DNA of 64,000 nucleotides from a virus, in the IMG/VR virus record IMGVR_UViG_3300032116_000155, positions 3,461-67,460 of that record, one strand, 5' to 3'. Below the pieces are notes generated by a model. That model worked only from the letters and a program-made list of their open reading frames with translations. It searched no databases and was not told the DNA's origin. Shown here piece after piece: positions 9,511 to 19,466 of the stretch. The translations under genes and the position numbers were made by a program. Positions within the stretch are counted from its first letter, which is position 1. Each line of letters opens with the position of its first letter.

Positions 9511-11256
9511 TTATACCTTTGAATTAATTACCTCCATAACTTTTTCTGCCCCCATATCAATATTATCCCCCATTACGGTTTCGAATATGTATTTTTTATT
9601 TAGAAGTATATCGTATACTGCACCTTCAATTGTATTTTCAAATATCGGATAGTATACTGACACACTAAAATTTTGTCCGTATCTATGTGCCCTATCTTCA
9701 GCCTGTAAGTGATGGGCCGGGACAAAAGATAGATCATTCATTATCACAGCTTCTGCTGCTGTTAATGTAATACCTGCACCTGCTGCAATTAGATTACCAA
9801 CAAATACTTCAATTTTTTCATTATTTTGGAAATCGTCAACAGCTTTTTGTCTTTTATTTTGGTTACAACTTCCATCAATATAAACGCATTTTTTGTCAAA
9901 GTGTGAAACAAAGGATTGTAATACACTTGTAAAGTTGGTAAAAATTATTACTTTTTTGTTTTGGGCCAATATAGCTTCGGCTAGTTCGATAGAGTATTCT
10001 ACCTTCTCTTGTGCAATAACTTGCCTAACCTTCATCAATTTATTAAATTGTACAGTCAACGATGAAGACTCCTTTGGATTTTTTTTATACCAGTCATAGT
10101 ATTCGCCCATTAGTTCTTCATAATTTTTTGATGAAAGTCTGAGGTATGTTGGTGTTATTATTTTTTCCGGTAGATCTAATACGCTTTCTTTTAGTCTTCT
10201 AAGGATCTGTCTTGAAGTCCTATCTTTAAGTTCTTCCAGGTTAGAAGCTCCGGATGTATTCCATACCTTTCTTTTACCGGCAAAAAATTGATACCCTTGG
10301 CAATATCTAATAACGTATGCTACCCAATTGCTAGCAACAGGAGATTCCACTAAATTAAGTAGGTTAAAATAGTTTATCGGTCTTGACGTTATCGGAGTAC
10401 CAGTTAACAGCCAAACTCTGGTAATTTTTTTTGCAAAGCTATTAATTAGCTTTGTTCTTAATGCTTGTGCATTAGATAGAAAGTGTGCTTCATCGATGAT
10501 TACCAGATCAAAATTTGTGTCTAGTATTTTGCTTTCCGCATTTTTTTCGATTGAATGAAAGTTTTTTACAATGTCATAATTCATTATGACAAAATCATGA
10601 TCTTTAGAGTATTTTTTACCTTCACAAATAAAAATATCTCTATCAGAGTAATTTCGTATTTCTCTTTCCCAGTTAACCTTTAGTGAGGCAGGGCATATGA
10701 TCAATATTTTTTTAGCCCCAGTTTCTAATGCGGCGATAATTGTTGATGTTGTTTTACCTAAACCCATTTCATCTGCCAAAATAAATTTATTATTTGATAA
10801 TAAATGAGTAATGGCTTCTTTTTGATGCTCTAATGGGGGCCTGTTAGAATATTTTGAATAATCTACATCAACAGGTTTATTTGTAGACTTAATGATCGCT
10901 GATTTAGGCACCCATATGCCACCTAATTCTTCGTTATCAAAGAATTTACCCCAGATGTGATATGACTTATCTTTCTCAACTAATAATTTCTCCACCCAAA
11001 GTTTGGTAGGCGTTTCAATAAGACCTTTATCTTTTGCAATTTTATCTGAAAAATATGTATCTAAATCTACCCACTTCCTAGCAACCTTAGGAGTAATATC
11101 ATTATAGTTTATAATATATTCGGCTTGTGCTCTTGTCGGATAAAATTTTTTATTATGGTTTAATTTAAATTTTAATTCCAAGAGGTAGTTATTAGAACCG
11201 TTGTAATTTTCAAGTATAGAAATCGCCTTCGATTCTAACGGAACAGTATTAGTCAT
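9511..11256 (-). CDS. SNF2-family helicase/ATPase (HARP/SMARCAL1-like)
   Basis: LADEMGLGKT, IICPASL, IDEAH, LTGTP, RRLK, GAGITLT, QAEDRAHRYGQ. Confidence 0.93.
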   Translation of the reverse strand: MTNTVPLESKAISILENYNGSNNYLLELKFKLNHNKKFYPTRAQAEYIINYNDITPKVARKWVDLDTYFSDKIAKDKGLIETPTKLWVEKLLVEKDKSYHIWGKFFDNEELGGIWVPKSAIIKSTNKPVDVDYSKYSNRPPLEHQKEAITHLLSNNKFILADEMGLGKTTSTIIAALETGAKKILIICPASLKVNWEREIRNYSDRDIFICEGKKYSKDHDFVIMNYDIVKNFHSIEKNAESKILDTNFDLVIIDEAHFLSNAQALRTKLINSFAKKITRVWLLTGTPITSRPINYFNLLNLVESPVASNWVAYVIRYCQGYQFFAGKRKVWNTSGASNLEELKDRTSRQILRRLKESVLDLPEKIITPTYLRLSSKNYEELMGEYYDWYKKNPKESSSLTVQFNKLMKVRQVIAQEKVEYSIELAEAILAQNKKVIIFTNFTSVLQSFVSHFDKKCVYIDGSCNQNKRQKAVDDFQNNEKIEVFVGNLIAAGAGITLTAAEAVIMNDLSFVPAHHLQAEDRAHRYGQNFSVSVYYPIFENTIEGAVYDILLNKKYIFETVMGDNIDMGAEKVMEVINSKV

Positions 11257-11341
11257 TAAATTTACAAGATTGTCATAGATTTATATGTGTTTAAAGGTAA
11301 ACAATGTAACAATAATAATATAAATTAATATATTTATCAAT

Positions 11342-11860
11342 ATGCAAGATCCTAAAGTACCTATTGGTAGATTACAAAAATTTTTCAAACCAAATGACTA
11401 CTCATTAGAAATTGAAATGGGGAAAGAATGGCTTCATGGTGACATGAATTTTACATTAGTTTTGTATCGAATTGATAGGTATAAAACTAAGACAGATGAT
11501 GTATATGGTGAGACGGTTACAGGTGGAGTTAAATATATGGCCCCAGTTGAATTTAAAGGATTAGTTAGGGTAGAATCTCCAGACAACAAATATATTGCAA
11601 GCAAAACCGGATTAGATCAGCTAGAACCTGGTAATATAACGGTTTCTGTTTATCAATCTGATCTGGATGAATTAGAAGTTGATATTAATTATGGTGATTA
11701 TATTGGCTATTATGAGACAGAAACCAGAGTTAGGTATTATGTTGTTAATAATGATGGTAGAGTTGTTTCAGATAATAAACACACATATGGGGGTTATAAA
11801 CCATTCTATAGAACTATAAAAGCTTCTCCTGTTAGCAGAAACGAGTTTAACGGTATTTAA
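11342..11860 (+). CDS. head closure / neck protein (gp14-like)
   Basis: DDVYGE and GDYI motifs. Lies just before the tail terminator and sheath genes. Confidence 0.55.
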   Translation: MQDPKVPIGRLQKFFKPNDYSLEIEMGKEWLHGDMNFTLVLYRIDRYKTKTDDVYGETVTGGVKYMAPVEFKGLVRVESPDNKYIASKTGLDQLEPGNITVSVYQSDLDELEVDINYGDYIGYYETETRVRYYVVNNDGRVVSDNKHTYGGYKPFYRTIKASPVSRNEFNGI

Positions 11861-11880
11861 CCTAAAAAATAGTATTAATC

Positions 11881-12918
11881 ATGGGGTTTCCAAAAAAAAT
11901 AAAGAAAACGATTAATTTAACATATGAGAGGACTTTATATCCAAGACGTGTTGAACTATTAGAACGGATCAACAAAGACGGAACTTTCTTACCTAAATCT
12001 GTGCTTCATGCAGATTTAGATAGAGGTGTGTTAGACTTTGTTAAGTCCAACCTTGAAGTTTTTGTTGATGGAATCAAAGTTCCAATTGTTGATATTATAA
12101 TGACAACACAAAACTGGTCCCAGTTTACAGAAACTTGGAATTTTCAAGATATAGACAAAAACGTTGCCCCTCCATTTATGACTTTGGTAAGAATGCCTGA
12201 AGTTAAATATGGCTCTAACCCTGCAATATATAATATTCCAGATAGAAAACAATTTTATTACGCATCAGTACCTAGTTATGATGGTAACCGGCTTAATGTT
12301 AATGTATATTCCATACCGCAGCCGGTACCTGTAGATATAAAGTATAGTTTGAAATTTATATGTAATAGGATTAGGGAATTAAACATGTTAAATAAAAATG
12401 TATTACAAACATTTACATCTAGACAAGCATATACTCAGGTAAATGGACATTACATTCCTTTGATTTTGGATGCGGTATCTGATGAGTCTGTACTTGAGAT
12501 TGAAAAAAGAAAATATTACATCCAAAATTACGATTTTACATTATTAGGGTTTCTAATTGATGAGGAAGAATTTCAAGTAAAACCGGCGGTTGAACGTACT
12601 TTTCAATTATTTGAAATTGACACAACAAGTAGACGCCGATCTTTACAGCAAAAGATAGAAAACCCGGATAGCTATAATATTACGTTTGATTTTGCATCAG
12701 GATCTACTAGTGAATCAAAAACTTTATATGATAGAATAGACCTTGAACAAATACAAGTAGATAATATATCATCTTATGAGGTATATATAAATGATGACTT
12801 TTACGGGGTTGACTTAGTTTCAATAAAACTAAATCATAATGATACATTAAGAATAGACTGTGTAAAACAGTCACCAGGGTTAGAATCCAAAATACTATTC
12901 AGAGCCACAATGGTTTGA
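11881..12918 (+). CDS. tail terminator / sheath stabiliser (gp15-like)
   Basis: PFMTLVR and PQPVPVDIKYSL motifs. Immediately upstream of the sheath gene. Confidence 0.6.
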   Translation: MGFPKKIKKTINLTYERTLYPRRVELLERINKDGTFLPKSVLHADLDRGVLDFVKSNLEVFVDGIKVPIVDIIMTTQNWSQFTETWNFQDIDKNVAPPFMTLVRMPEVKYGSNPAIYNIPDRKQFYYASVPSYDGNRLNVNVYSIPQPVPVDIKYSLKFICNRIRELNMLNKNVLQTFTSRQAYTQVNGHYIPLILDAVSDESVLEIEKRKYYIQNYDFTLLGFLIDEEEFQVKPAVERTFQLFEIDTTSRRRSLQQKIENPDSYNITFDFASGSTSESKTLYDRIDLEQIQVDNISSYEVYINDDFYGVDLVSIKLNHNDTLRIDCVKQSPGLESKILFRATMV

Positions 12919-13025
12919 TCAAAACAGAATATTATGCCATAATAGTAATAACTTTTTATTTGTAAATGATTTTGCAATAAAAAGAAATATTTATTATAAA
13001 ATAAAATAAATATTAAAGAAAAAAA

Positions 13026-16000
13026 ATGGCGACAAATAGTAAAGTTTTCGTTTCCCCTGGCGTTTACACAACAGAAACTGATTTAAGTTTCGTTTCGCAA
13101 AGTGTTGGTGTAACAACTTTAGGTATTGTTGGTGAGACTTTGAAAGGCCCGGCATTCGAACCTATATTCATAACAAATTATAGTGAATTTGAAACTTATT
13201 TTGGCGGAACTAGCCCTGAAAAATTTGTAAACACACAAATACCGAAGTATGAATCAGCATATATAGCAAAGTCATACTTACAGCAATCTAACCAATTATT
13301 TATGACAAGAGTTTTAGGCTTGTCAGGATATGATGCGGGGCCATCATGGTCGATAGTTGCAATTTCAAATGTAGATACCACAACAGTAGGTTTTGAAGAT
13401 GGTACAGGAAATGCTGTAACATTCACAGTTAATTTCTCTGGATGTAATACAGGCCTATCTGCAATTGAATTTTCCGGATCATTCCCATCTGAAATTGAGA
13501 ATATATTGACAAAAAATTATACGCAGTATAATGGGGGTATTTCCACATTATCTGATGATATTAAAAATCAAATTTTAAACATTTTTAATCAGAATTCGTT
13601 AAGTGGTACATCCATAAATTATTTTGGTACTATACCATCAAGTGATTATTACAGTGTTTTTGCAACATATACCGCAGAAACAAATGTATTTAACGTATCT
13701 AACGTTAACAGTTTCAATGCTGATTATACTAATCCAATAAATGATGCTTGGTATTATGCATTATTTGAAAATACTAGTGGGGAAACATATGATGGGTTTT
13801 CTTTTTACACAACAATAAGTAATTTAACACAAACAACTTCAGGTTGCTATACTGGTACTGTATCAGGTAAATTATACACATATACCGGATCTACATACTG
13901 CGGGTACAATAATATTGTATTGGCAACATTAAGATCTAGAGGTACTACTGTTTATTCGTCAACACAACATGGTCCACAATACGAAGTTAGTAATTTAAAT
14001 AACGTTGTTTTAGATTTTACAGGGTCATACGAAGATGCACTAAAAAATCCATACGCACCGTTTGCTATTAATATAACAAATGATGACGGTGACACATTTA
14101 TATTTAAAACTAGTCTACAATCATCAGATCCAACATACTTAAACAAAGTATTTGGCTCAACAAATTTCTCTAAACCTAAAAATGAAGTACCTTTATTTGT
14201 TGAAGAATCATTCTTGAACTTATTAAATTATGGATATAAAAAAGGTTATATTAGAGGCATAAGACAAACTTTAACATCATTACCTAGTGCTGTAAATGAT
14301 GACACAACGAGCATTGCTAATTATTTAGAGCAATATCAATCAGCTATGTCTCCTTGGGTTGTGTCAGAATTAAGAGGTAGTACTGTATATAAGTTGTTTA
14401 GATTTATCACAATATCTGATGGTAATAGTGCAAATATGCAAGTAAAAATATCAATTGCAAATATGTCATTTAATAATGGCACATTTGATGTTTTGGTTAG
14501 AGATTACTATGACACAGATAATTCTCCGGTTGTATTAGAAAAATTCACTAATTGCAATATGGATCCTAATACAAATAGTTTTATAGCTAAAAAAATAGGT
14601 AGCCATGATGGTGAGTATGCTCTATTGTCAAAATTCGTTATGGTTGAAATGAATGAGGATGCACCTATAGATGCACTTCCTTGTGGATTTGAGGGTTATA
14701 AATTTAGACAATACGCATCTGATTTACCTCCGTTCCCAGTTATTAAAACAAAATATTTTGAAGCTGGAGAGGTAATATTTAACCCACCGTTTAATTTGTC
14801 AAGTGGTGTGGATAATAAAAATATAAGTTCAGGTGAAAATCCTAGGAGAGTTTACTTAGGTATCTCTAATACTTTAGGGTATGATGCTGATTTCTTTGAA
14901 TACGTTGGTAAGCAAAACTTAGGAACAACTTGCATTCCTGTATTACAAGATTGGCCCTATATGTCTAGGGGCTTCCATATGGACTCAGGAGCGACGATCG
15001 TAACTATTTCGAATGAGTATGCCACTTCAGGAGAAAGTGCCTTCTACGTGGGCGTTTCGGACTTTAGAAACGATCCTAGCAGTGAAGAGAATGCTTACTA
15101 TCGTACATATGCTAGAAAATTCACAATGCTTGTGGCTGGAGGCTTTGATGGTTGGGATGTATATTCTGAATCGAGAGCGAATGGTGATAGGTTTAGAATA
15201 GGTGCATCAGGATATCTTGCAGGTGCTTGTGTCTCAGACAGATTCCCAACAGCAAATGGTAACGGATTTTTCAAAATAATAACAGTAGGTGATAACACTA
15301 AAGATTGGGCGAATACTGATTATTATGCATACTTATTAGGTCAAAAAACATTTAATAATCCAGAGTCTGTTAACATAAACGTATTTGTAACACCAGGTAT
15401 TGATTATGTAAACAATAGTAACTTAGTTGAGTCAGCGATTGAAATGATTGAGTTTGAGCGTGCGGATTCTTTATATATTTGTACGACACCTGATTACGAT
15501 ATGTTTGTACCATCAACAACTAATACTTTAAATATGATCTACCCTCAAGAGGCCGTTGATAATTTAGAGAATAGTGGTATTGACTCAAACTATACAGCAA
15601 CATATTATCCTTGGGTTTTAACCAGAGATACTGTAAATAATACACAAATCTACATTCCGGCAACGGCTGAAGTAACTAGAAATTTAGCTCTAACAGATAA
15701 TATCTCGTTCCCTTGGTTTGCGTCAGCAGGTTATACTAGAGGTTTGGTTAATTCTATAAAAGCTAGACGTAAGCTTACTCAAGAAGATAGAGATACATTA
15801 TATCAAGGCAGAATAAACCCTATTGCAACTTTTTCAGATGTAGGTACTGTTATTTTTGGTAATAAAACACTACAAATAAGAGAAAGTGCTTTAGATAGAA
15901 TTAACGTTAGAAGATTGTTATTACAAGCACGTAAATTAATATCTGCGGTTGCTATTAGATTATTATTCGAACAGAACGATGCTAAAGTTAGACAAGATTT

Positions 16001-16205
16001 CTTAGATACTGTTAACCCAATATTGGACGCTATTAGAAGAGATCGTGGTTTATATGACTTCAGAGTTACAGTTTCTTCATCTCCAGAAGATTTAGATAGA
16101 AACCAGTTAGTCGGTAAAATTTATATAAAACCAACAAAAGCTTTAGAATTCATTGACATTGAATTTTTAATAACTCCTACCGGAGCATCTTTTGAAAACA
16201 TTTAA
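13026..16205 (+). CDS. contractile tail sheath protein (1059 aa, large insertions)
   Basis: VSPGVYTTETD, GPAFEP, GGFDG, YYPW, PWFASAGYTRG, INPI, GNKTL, RINVRRL, IKPTKALEFI. Confidence 0.96.
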   Translation: MATNSKVFVSPGVYTTETDLSFVSQSVGVTTLGIVGETLKGPAFEPIFITNYSEFETYFGGTSPEKFVNTQIPKYESAYIAKSYLQQSNQLFMTRVLGLSGYDAGPSWSIVAISNVDTTTVGFEDGTGNAVTFTVNFSGCNTGLSAIEFSGSFPSEIENILTKNYTQYNGGISTLSDDIKNQILNIFNQNSLSGTSINYFGTIPSSDYYSVFATYTAETNVFNVSNVNSFNADYTNPINDAWYYALFENTSGETYDGFSFYTTISNLTQTTSGCYTGTVSGKLYTYTGSTYCGYNNIVLATLRSRGTTVYSSTQHGPQYEVSNLNNVVLDFTGSYEDALKNPYAPFAINITNDDGDTFIFKTSLQSSDPTYLNKVFGSTNFSKPKNEVPLFVEESFLNLLNYGYKKGYIRGIRQTLTSLPSAVNDDTTSIANYLEQYQSAMSPWVVSELRGSTVYKLFRFITISDGNSANMQVKISIANMSFNNGTFDVLVRDYYDTDNSPVVLEKFTNCNMDPNTNSFIAKKIGSHDGEYALLSKFVMVEMNEDAPIDALPCGFEGYKFRQYASDLPPFPVIKTKYFEAGEVIFNPPFNLSSGVDNKNISSGENPRRVYLGISNTLGYDADFFEYVGKQNLGTTCIPVLQDWPYMSRGFHMDSGATIVTISNEYATSGESAFYVGVSDFRNDPSSEENAYYRTYARKFTMLVAGGFDGWDVYSESRANGDRFRIGASGYLAGACVSDRFPTANGNGFFKIITVGDNTKDWANTDYYAYLLGQKTFNNPESVNINVFVTPGIDYVNNSNLVESAIEMIEFERADSLYICTTPDYDMFVPSTTNTLNMIYPQEAVDNLENSGIDSNYTATYYPWVLTRDTVNNTQIYIPATAEVTRNLALTDNISFPWFASAGYTRGLVNSIKARRKLTQEDRDTLYQGRINPIATFSDVGTVIFGNKTLQIRESALDRINVRRLLLQARKLISAVAIRLLFEQNDAKVRQDFLDTVNPILDAIRRDRGLYDFRVTVSSSPEDLDRNQLVGKIYIKPTKALEFIDIEFLITPTGASFENI

Positions 16206-16207
16206 AA

Positions 16208-16240
16208 TAAAAAGCCCCTCAAATTTTGAGGGGCTTTTTT
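16208..16240. terminator. bidirectional intrinsic terminator
   Basis: AAAAAGCCCCTCAAA-T-TTTGAGGGGCTTTTTT between the convergent sheath and FkbM genes. Confidence 0.9.
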
Positions 16241-16919
16241 ATCTATTATCAATATAAATTATAACTTCATTGTAATATTCGATGAAGTGATCAGACCATA
16301 AGTCCCATTTTATATCTACCCCATCAACAGAAAATATATTATATTTTTCTGGGTTAAATTTTATTAAAATATTATCCCTAAAATATTTAAATTTATCTTT
16401 ATTTTCTTTATAAGATAAATGCCATTCTCCCGATATTTTTTTTACGTTATTTTTTATCCAATCTAAATTTTCTAGTGTAAAAATATCGTATTCACAATTT
16501 TCACAATCACATTTTAAAAAGTCTATTTTATTTATGTTATATAAATTTATTGCTTCCATAAATGATATTCCACAAATATCTGTGTAATCAAAATCGTTTA
16601 TAATCCAGTCCATTTTAAAGAATCCATCATTATTAGTTATAGATTTATTAATTTGTGTAACTGGGCCGTGTTTTGTGTTTTTAACTAGAGTTAAAAACTC
16701 TTCAAAAACAGGTTCAAAGCAAAACACGTGTTTTGGTTTTTTATTCAAAATAGAATATGTAAATGGACCAAGGCTTGCTCCGATATCAAAAACAACATCA
16801 TTTTCTTCAACTTCAAAAAATTTCTCATAAATATTGTTATTGAATATTTCATTATATACGTGCTCTTTAAAACCATCGTATATTTTAGGTTCCCATATAA
16901 ATTTGTCGATATTATTCAT
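16239..16919 (-). CDS. FkbM-family SAM methyltransferase
   Basis: VVFDIGASLG, FCFEP, IDFLKCDCENCE, GEWH. Confidence 0.9.
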   Translation of the reverse strand: MNNIDKFIWEPKIYDGFKEHVYNEIFNNNIYEKFFEVEENDVVFDIGASLGPFTYSILNKKPKHVFCFEPVFEEFLTLVKNTKHGPVTQINKSITNNDGFFKMDWIINDFDYTDICGISFMEAINLYNINKIDFLKCDCENCEYDIFTLENLDWIKNNVKKISGEWHLSYKENKDKFKYFRDNILIKFNPEKYNIFSVDGVDIKWDLWSDHFIEYYNEVIIYIDNR

Positions 16920-16952
16920 TTTTTATGATATTTATATTTAAATATTTAATTT

Positions 16953-17771
16953 ATGCTTATTAAAAGAAGATTAAATGAAGGTTTTAATGATGAAGGCACT
17001 CCAGATTTAAAATATTATGCTTTTGACTGGGATGATAATATACTAACTATGTCAACAAAAATTATTGTTAAAAACGACAATGGCGAAAATGTTGGAATGA
17101 CAACAGAAGATTTTGCAACATACAGAACAAGAATTGGTTCTGAAGAATTTGAATATGACGACAACATAATTGTTGATTTTAGCGATGACCCTTTTGTTAA
17201 CTTTGGAGTTAAAGGTGATAGAAAATTTATTATTGACTGTATGATAGCAGAACCTGGGCCATCATGGGATGACTTCGTTGAATGTATAAATAACGGTTCT
17301 GTTTTTGCAATCATTACAGCCAGAGGTCATACACCGTCAGCAATTAAAGAAGCGGTGTTTAACCTAATTAAAGGTAATGTAAAAGGAATTAATAAGAAAG
17401 AGTTGGTAAAAAATTTAAAAAAATTTAGAGACTTTATGGATGAAGAAGCATTAAGTGTAGATAGATTAATAAAGGAATATTTAGATTTATGCAGATTTTA
17501 CCCGGTTACATATAACAAACCTAAAAACGCATCAAATCCAGAACAAGATAAAGTTATCGCGTTGAAGGAATTCGTAAATTACATAAAAGAATTATCCGCA
17601 GGGATACACAAAAAAATATTCTTGAAAAAGAATATTAGAAATTTCTTTTTACCAACAATAGGGTTTTCGGACGATGATATAAGGAATGTTAATGTAATGA
17701 AGAAAGCATTTGAAAATGAACCATCAGTAACATCATATTTAACAGCAAAAGGTAAAAAAACAAAATATTAA
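16953..17771 (+). CDS. HAD-superfamily phosphatase-like protein
   Basis: Motif I AFDWDDNI, motif II IITARGH, Lys motif (QDK), motif IV GFSDDD..NV. Confidence 0.75.
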   Translation: MLIKRRLNEGFNDEGTPDLKYYAFDWDDNILTMSTKIIVKNDNGENVGMTTEDFATYRTRIGSEEFEYDDNIIVDFSDDPFVNFGVKGDRKFIIDCMIAEPGPSWDDFVECINNGSVFAIITARGHTPSAIKEAVFNLIKGNVKGINKKELVKNLKKFRDFMDEEALSVDRLIKEYLDLCRFYPVTYNKPKNASNPEQDKVIALKEFVNYIKELSAGIHKKIFLKKNIRNFFLPTIGFSDDDIRNVNVMKKAFENEPSVTSYLTAKGKKTKY

Positions 17772-17966
17772 ATATTTATTTAGTAAGTAAAATATAATAT
17801 ATAGAAATAATTATTTAATAAATAATATATTATATATAATTAATATTATAATACTTAAGTGTTAATATATATATGTAATTTTACGAAGAAAAAAACAAAA
17901 GTAAATAGAAAAATTTTTTTCTTATAAATATTTATAGTAAAATCTAAAAAAACAAAATAGAAGAAC
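17772..17966. other. extremely AT-rich intergenic region upstream of the tail tube gene
   Basis: Almost no G/C over about 17772-17880. Contains the palindrome TATAAATATTTATA at 17923-17936. Confidence 0.6.
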
Positions 17967-18455
17967 ATGGCTGATTTATTAATGAAAATGCCGATACCTT
18001 ATGAGCCAAAACGTCAGAATAGATTTATTTTGAGGTTTCCATCGTCATTAGGTATAAATGAATGGTTTGTTGAAACTGCAAAAAGACCAAGTATTAAAAT
18101 AAATGCAACAGAAATTCCATTTTTGAATACTTCAACTTATGTTGCAGGTAGATTCAACTGGAATGAAATCTCTGTCAAATTTAGAGATCCAATTGGACCT
18201 TCAGCATCTCAAGCATTGATGGAGTGGGTTAGGCTACATGCTGAATCAGTTACTGGTAGGATGGGATATGCCGCAGGTTATAAAAAGAATGTTGATCTTG
18301 AAATGTTAGATCCAACAGGTGTTGTTGTTGAAAAATGGATACTAGAAGGTACTTTCCTAAGTAGTGTTGATTTTGGATCTTTAGGGTATTCAACTGACGC
18401 TTTAGCTGACATTACAGCATCACTAAGAATGGATAGATGTATACTAGTATATTAA
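17967..18455 (+). CDS. tail tube protein (gp19-like)
   Basis: EPKRQNRF, YVAGRFNWNEI, WILEGTF, SLRMDR. 162 aa, near the sheath gene. Confidence 0.9.
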   Translation: MADLLMKMPIPYEPKRQNRFILRFPSSLGINEWFVETAKRPSIKINATEIPFLNTSTYVAGRFNWNEISVKFRDPIGPSASQALMEWVRLHAESVTGRMGYAAGYKKNVDLEMLDPTGVVVEKWILEGTFLSSVDFGSLGYSTDALADITASLRMDRCILVY

Positions 18456-18480
18456 ATTAATATTCAAGTTATATTTATAT

Positions 18481-18528
18481 AATTCCATTATTTTACTATT
18501 CTTATAGTAATATAATGGAATTTTTTTT
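18481..18528 (+). terminator. AT-rich hairpin plus T-run ending at the next start codon
   Basis: AATTCCATTAT-T-TTACTAT-TCTT-ATAGTAA-T-ATAATGGAATT followed by T6 and ATG 18529. Confidence 0.6.
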
Positions 18529-19293
18529 ATGGATGATTCAAAAGTTTATGGCCAATTAAATTTAAATTTACCACATGATGTGATTAAATTGCCAACAGGT
18601 GGTGTTTTTTACAAAAGCAAAAAAAAATCAGTTAAGGTTGGTTATTTAACTGCTGCGGATGAAAATATTCTTATGTCATCAGACCCAACAATTAAAAATG
18701 AGTTGGTGATGACATTAATTAGAAATAAATTATTTGAGCCAGATTTAAAGCCTGAAGAACTTTTACTTGGAGATATTGAGGCTATACTTATTTTTCTTAG
18801 AAATTCATCTTTCGGACCTGAATATAATATAATGCTTAAAGATCCTAACACGAATGAAAACTTTGAAGTTTCAATTATGTTAGATGAGTTAAATTTAACA
18901 AACAATTCGGTTAAACCTGACCCTAATGGATATTTTGAAGTTAGACTACCAAAGTCTGGTTATAATGCTAAAATTAGGCCGTTATCATATTCTGAGCAAG
19001 TAGAGATTGATGACTTAGAAACTAAGTATGCTACTGTAGGCCGTGCGGCACCAAAAGAAACCACTAGGCTCGCTAAAATGCTTGTTGAGCTAAACGGAAT
19101 GACAGACAAAGGTCAAATTTTTCAAGAAATAGAAAAATTGCCAATAATGGACTCTAAGTTTGTTAAAACATTTATTGCTGAAAATGAGCCTAAAATTGAT
19201 CTATTCAAGAGTGTAATAGCCCCGTCTGGAGTTAAAGTTGATTTTAGAATCAACTTTGGGGTTGAATTTTTTCGGCCTTTCTTCGAAGTATAA
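18529..19293 (+). CDS. tail/baseplate hub assembly chaperone (gp26-like)
   Basis: IKLPTGG.FY, YLTAADENIL, GDIEAILIFLR, LPKSG, LPIMDS and FFRP end. Lies between tube and tape measure. Confidence 0.75.
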   Translation: MDDSKVYGQLNLNLPHDVIKLPTGGVFYKSKKKSVKVGYLTAADENILMSSDPTIKNELVMTLIRNKLFEPDLKPEELLLGDIEAILIFLRNSSFGPEYNIMLKDPNTNENFEVSIMLDELNLTNNSVKPDPNGYFEVRLPKSGYNAKIRPLSYSEQVEIDDLETKYATVGRAAPKETTRLAKMLVELNGMTDKGQIFQEIEKLPIMDSKFVKTFIAENEPKIDLFKSVIAPSGVKVDFRINFGVEFFRPFFEV

Positions 19294-19438
19294 TGAAGGG
19301 TTATCGTATGAATGTTATTTCTGTTTAAAACATTTTAATATGACTTACTATGATTTTCTAATAATGCCTGTTTACCTAAGAAAGTTCCTTATTGAAAAAC
19401 ATATTGAAATTATGGAAAAACAAAATGAAGGCACTTAG
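19274..19438 (+). CDS. chaperone extension (gpT/gp51-like), probably reached by +1 frameshift
   Basis: The +1 frame is open from 19238 to 19438 and has no ATG until 19340. YDFLIMPVYLRKFLI resembles gp51-type motifs. Confidence 0.55.
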   Translation, partial: GLSSKYNEGLSYECYFCLKHFNMTYYDFLIMPVYLRKFLIEKHIEIMEKQNEGT

Positions 19439-19466
19439 TATTTATTTAATATAAATCAAACATTCA

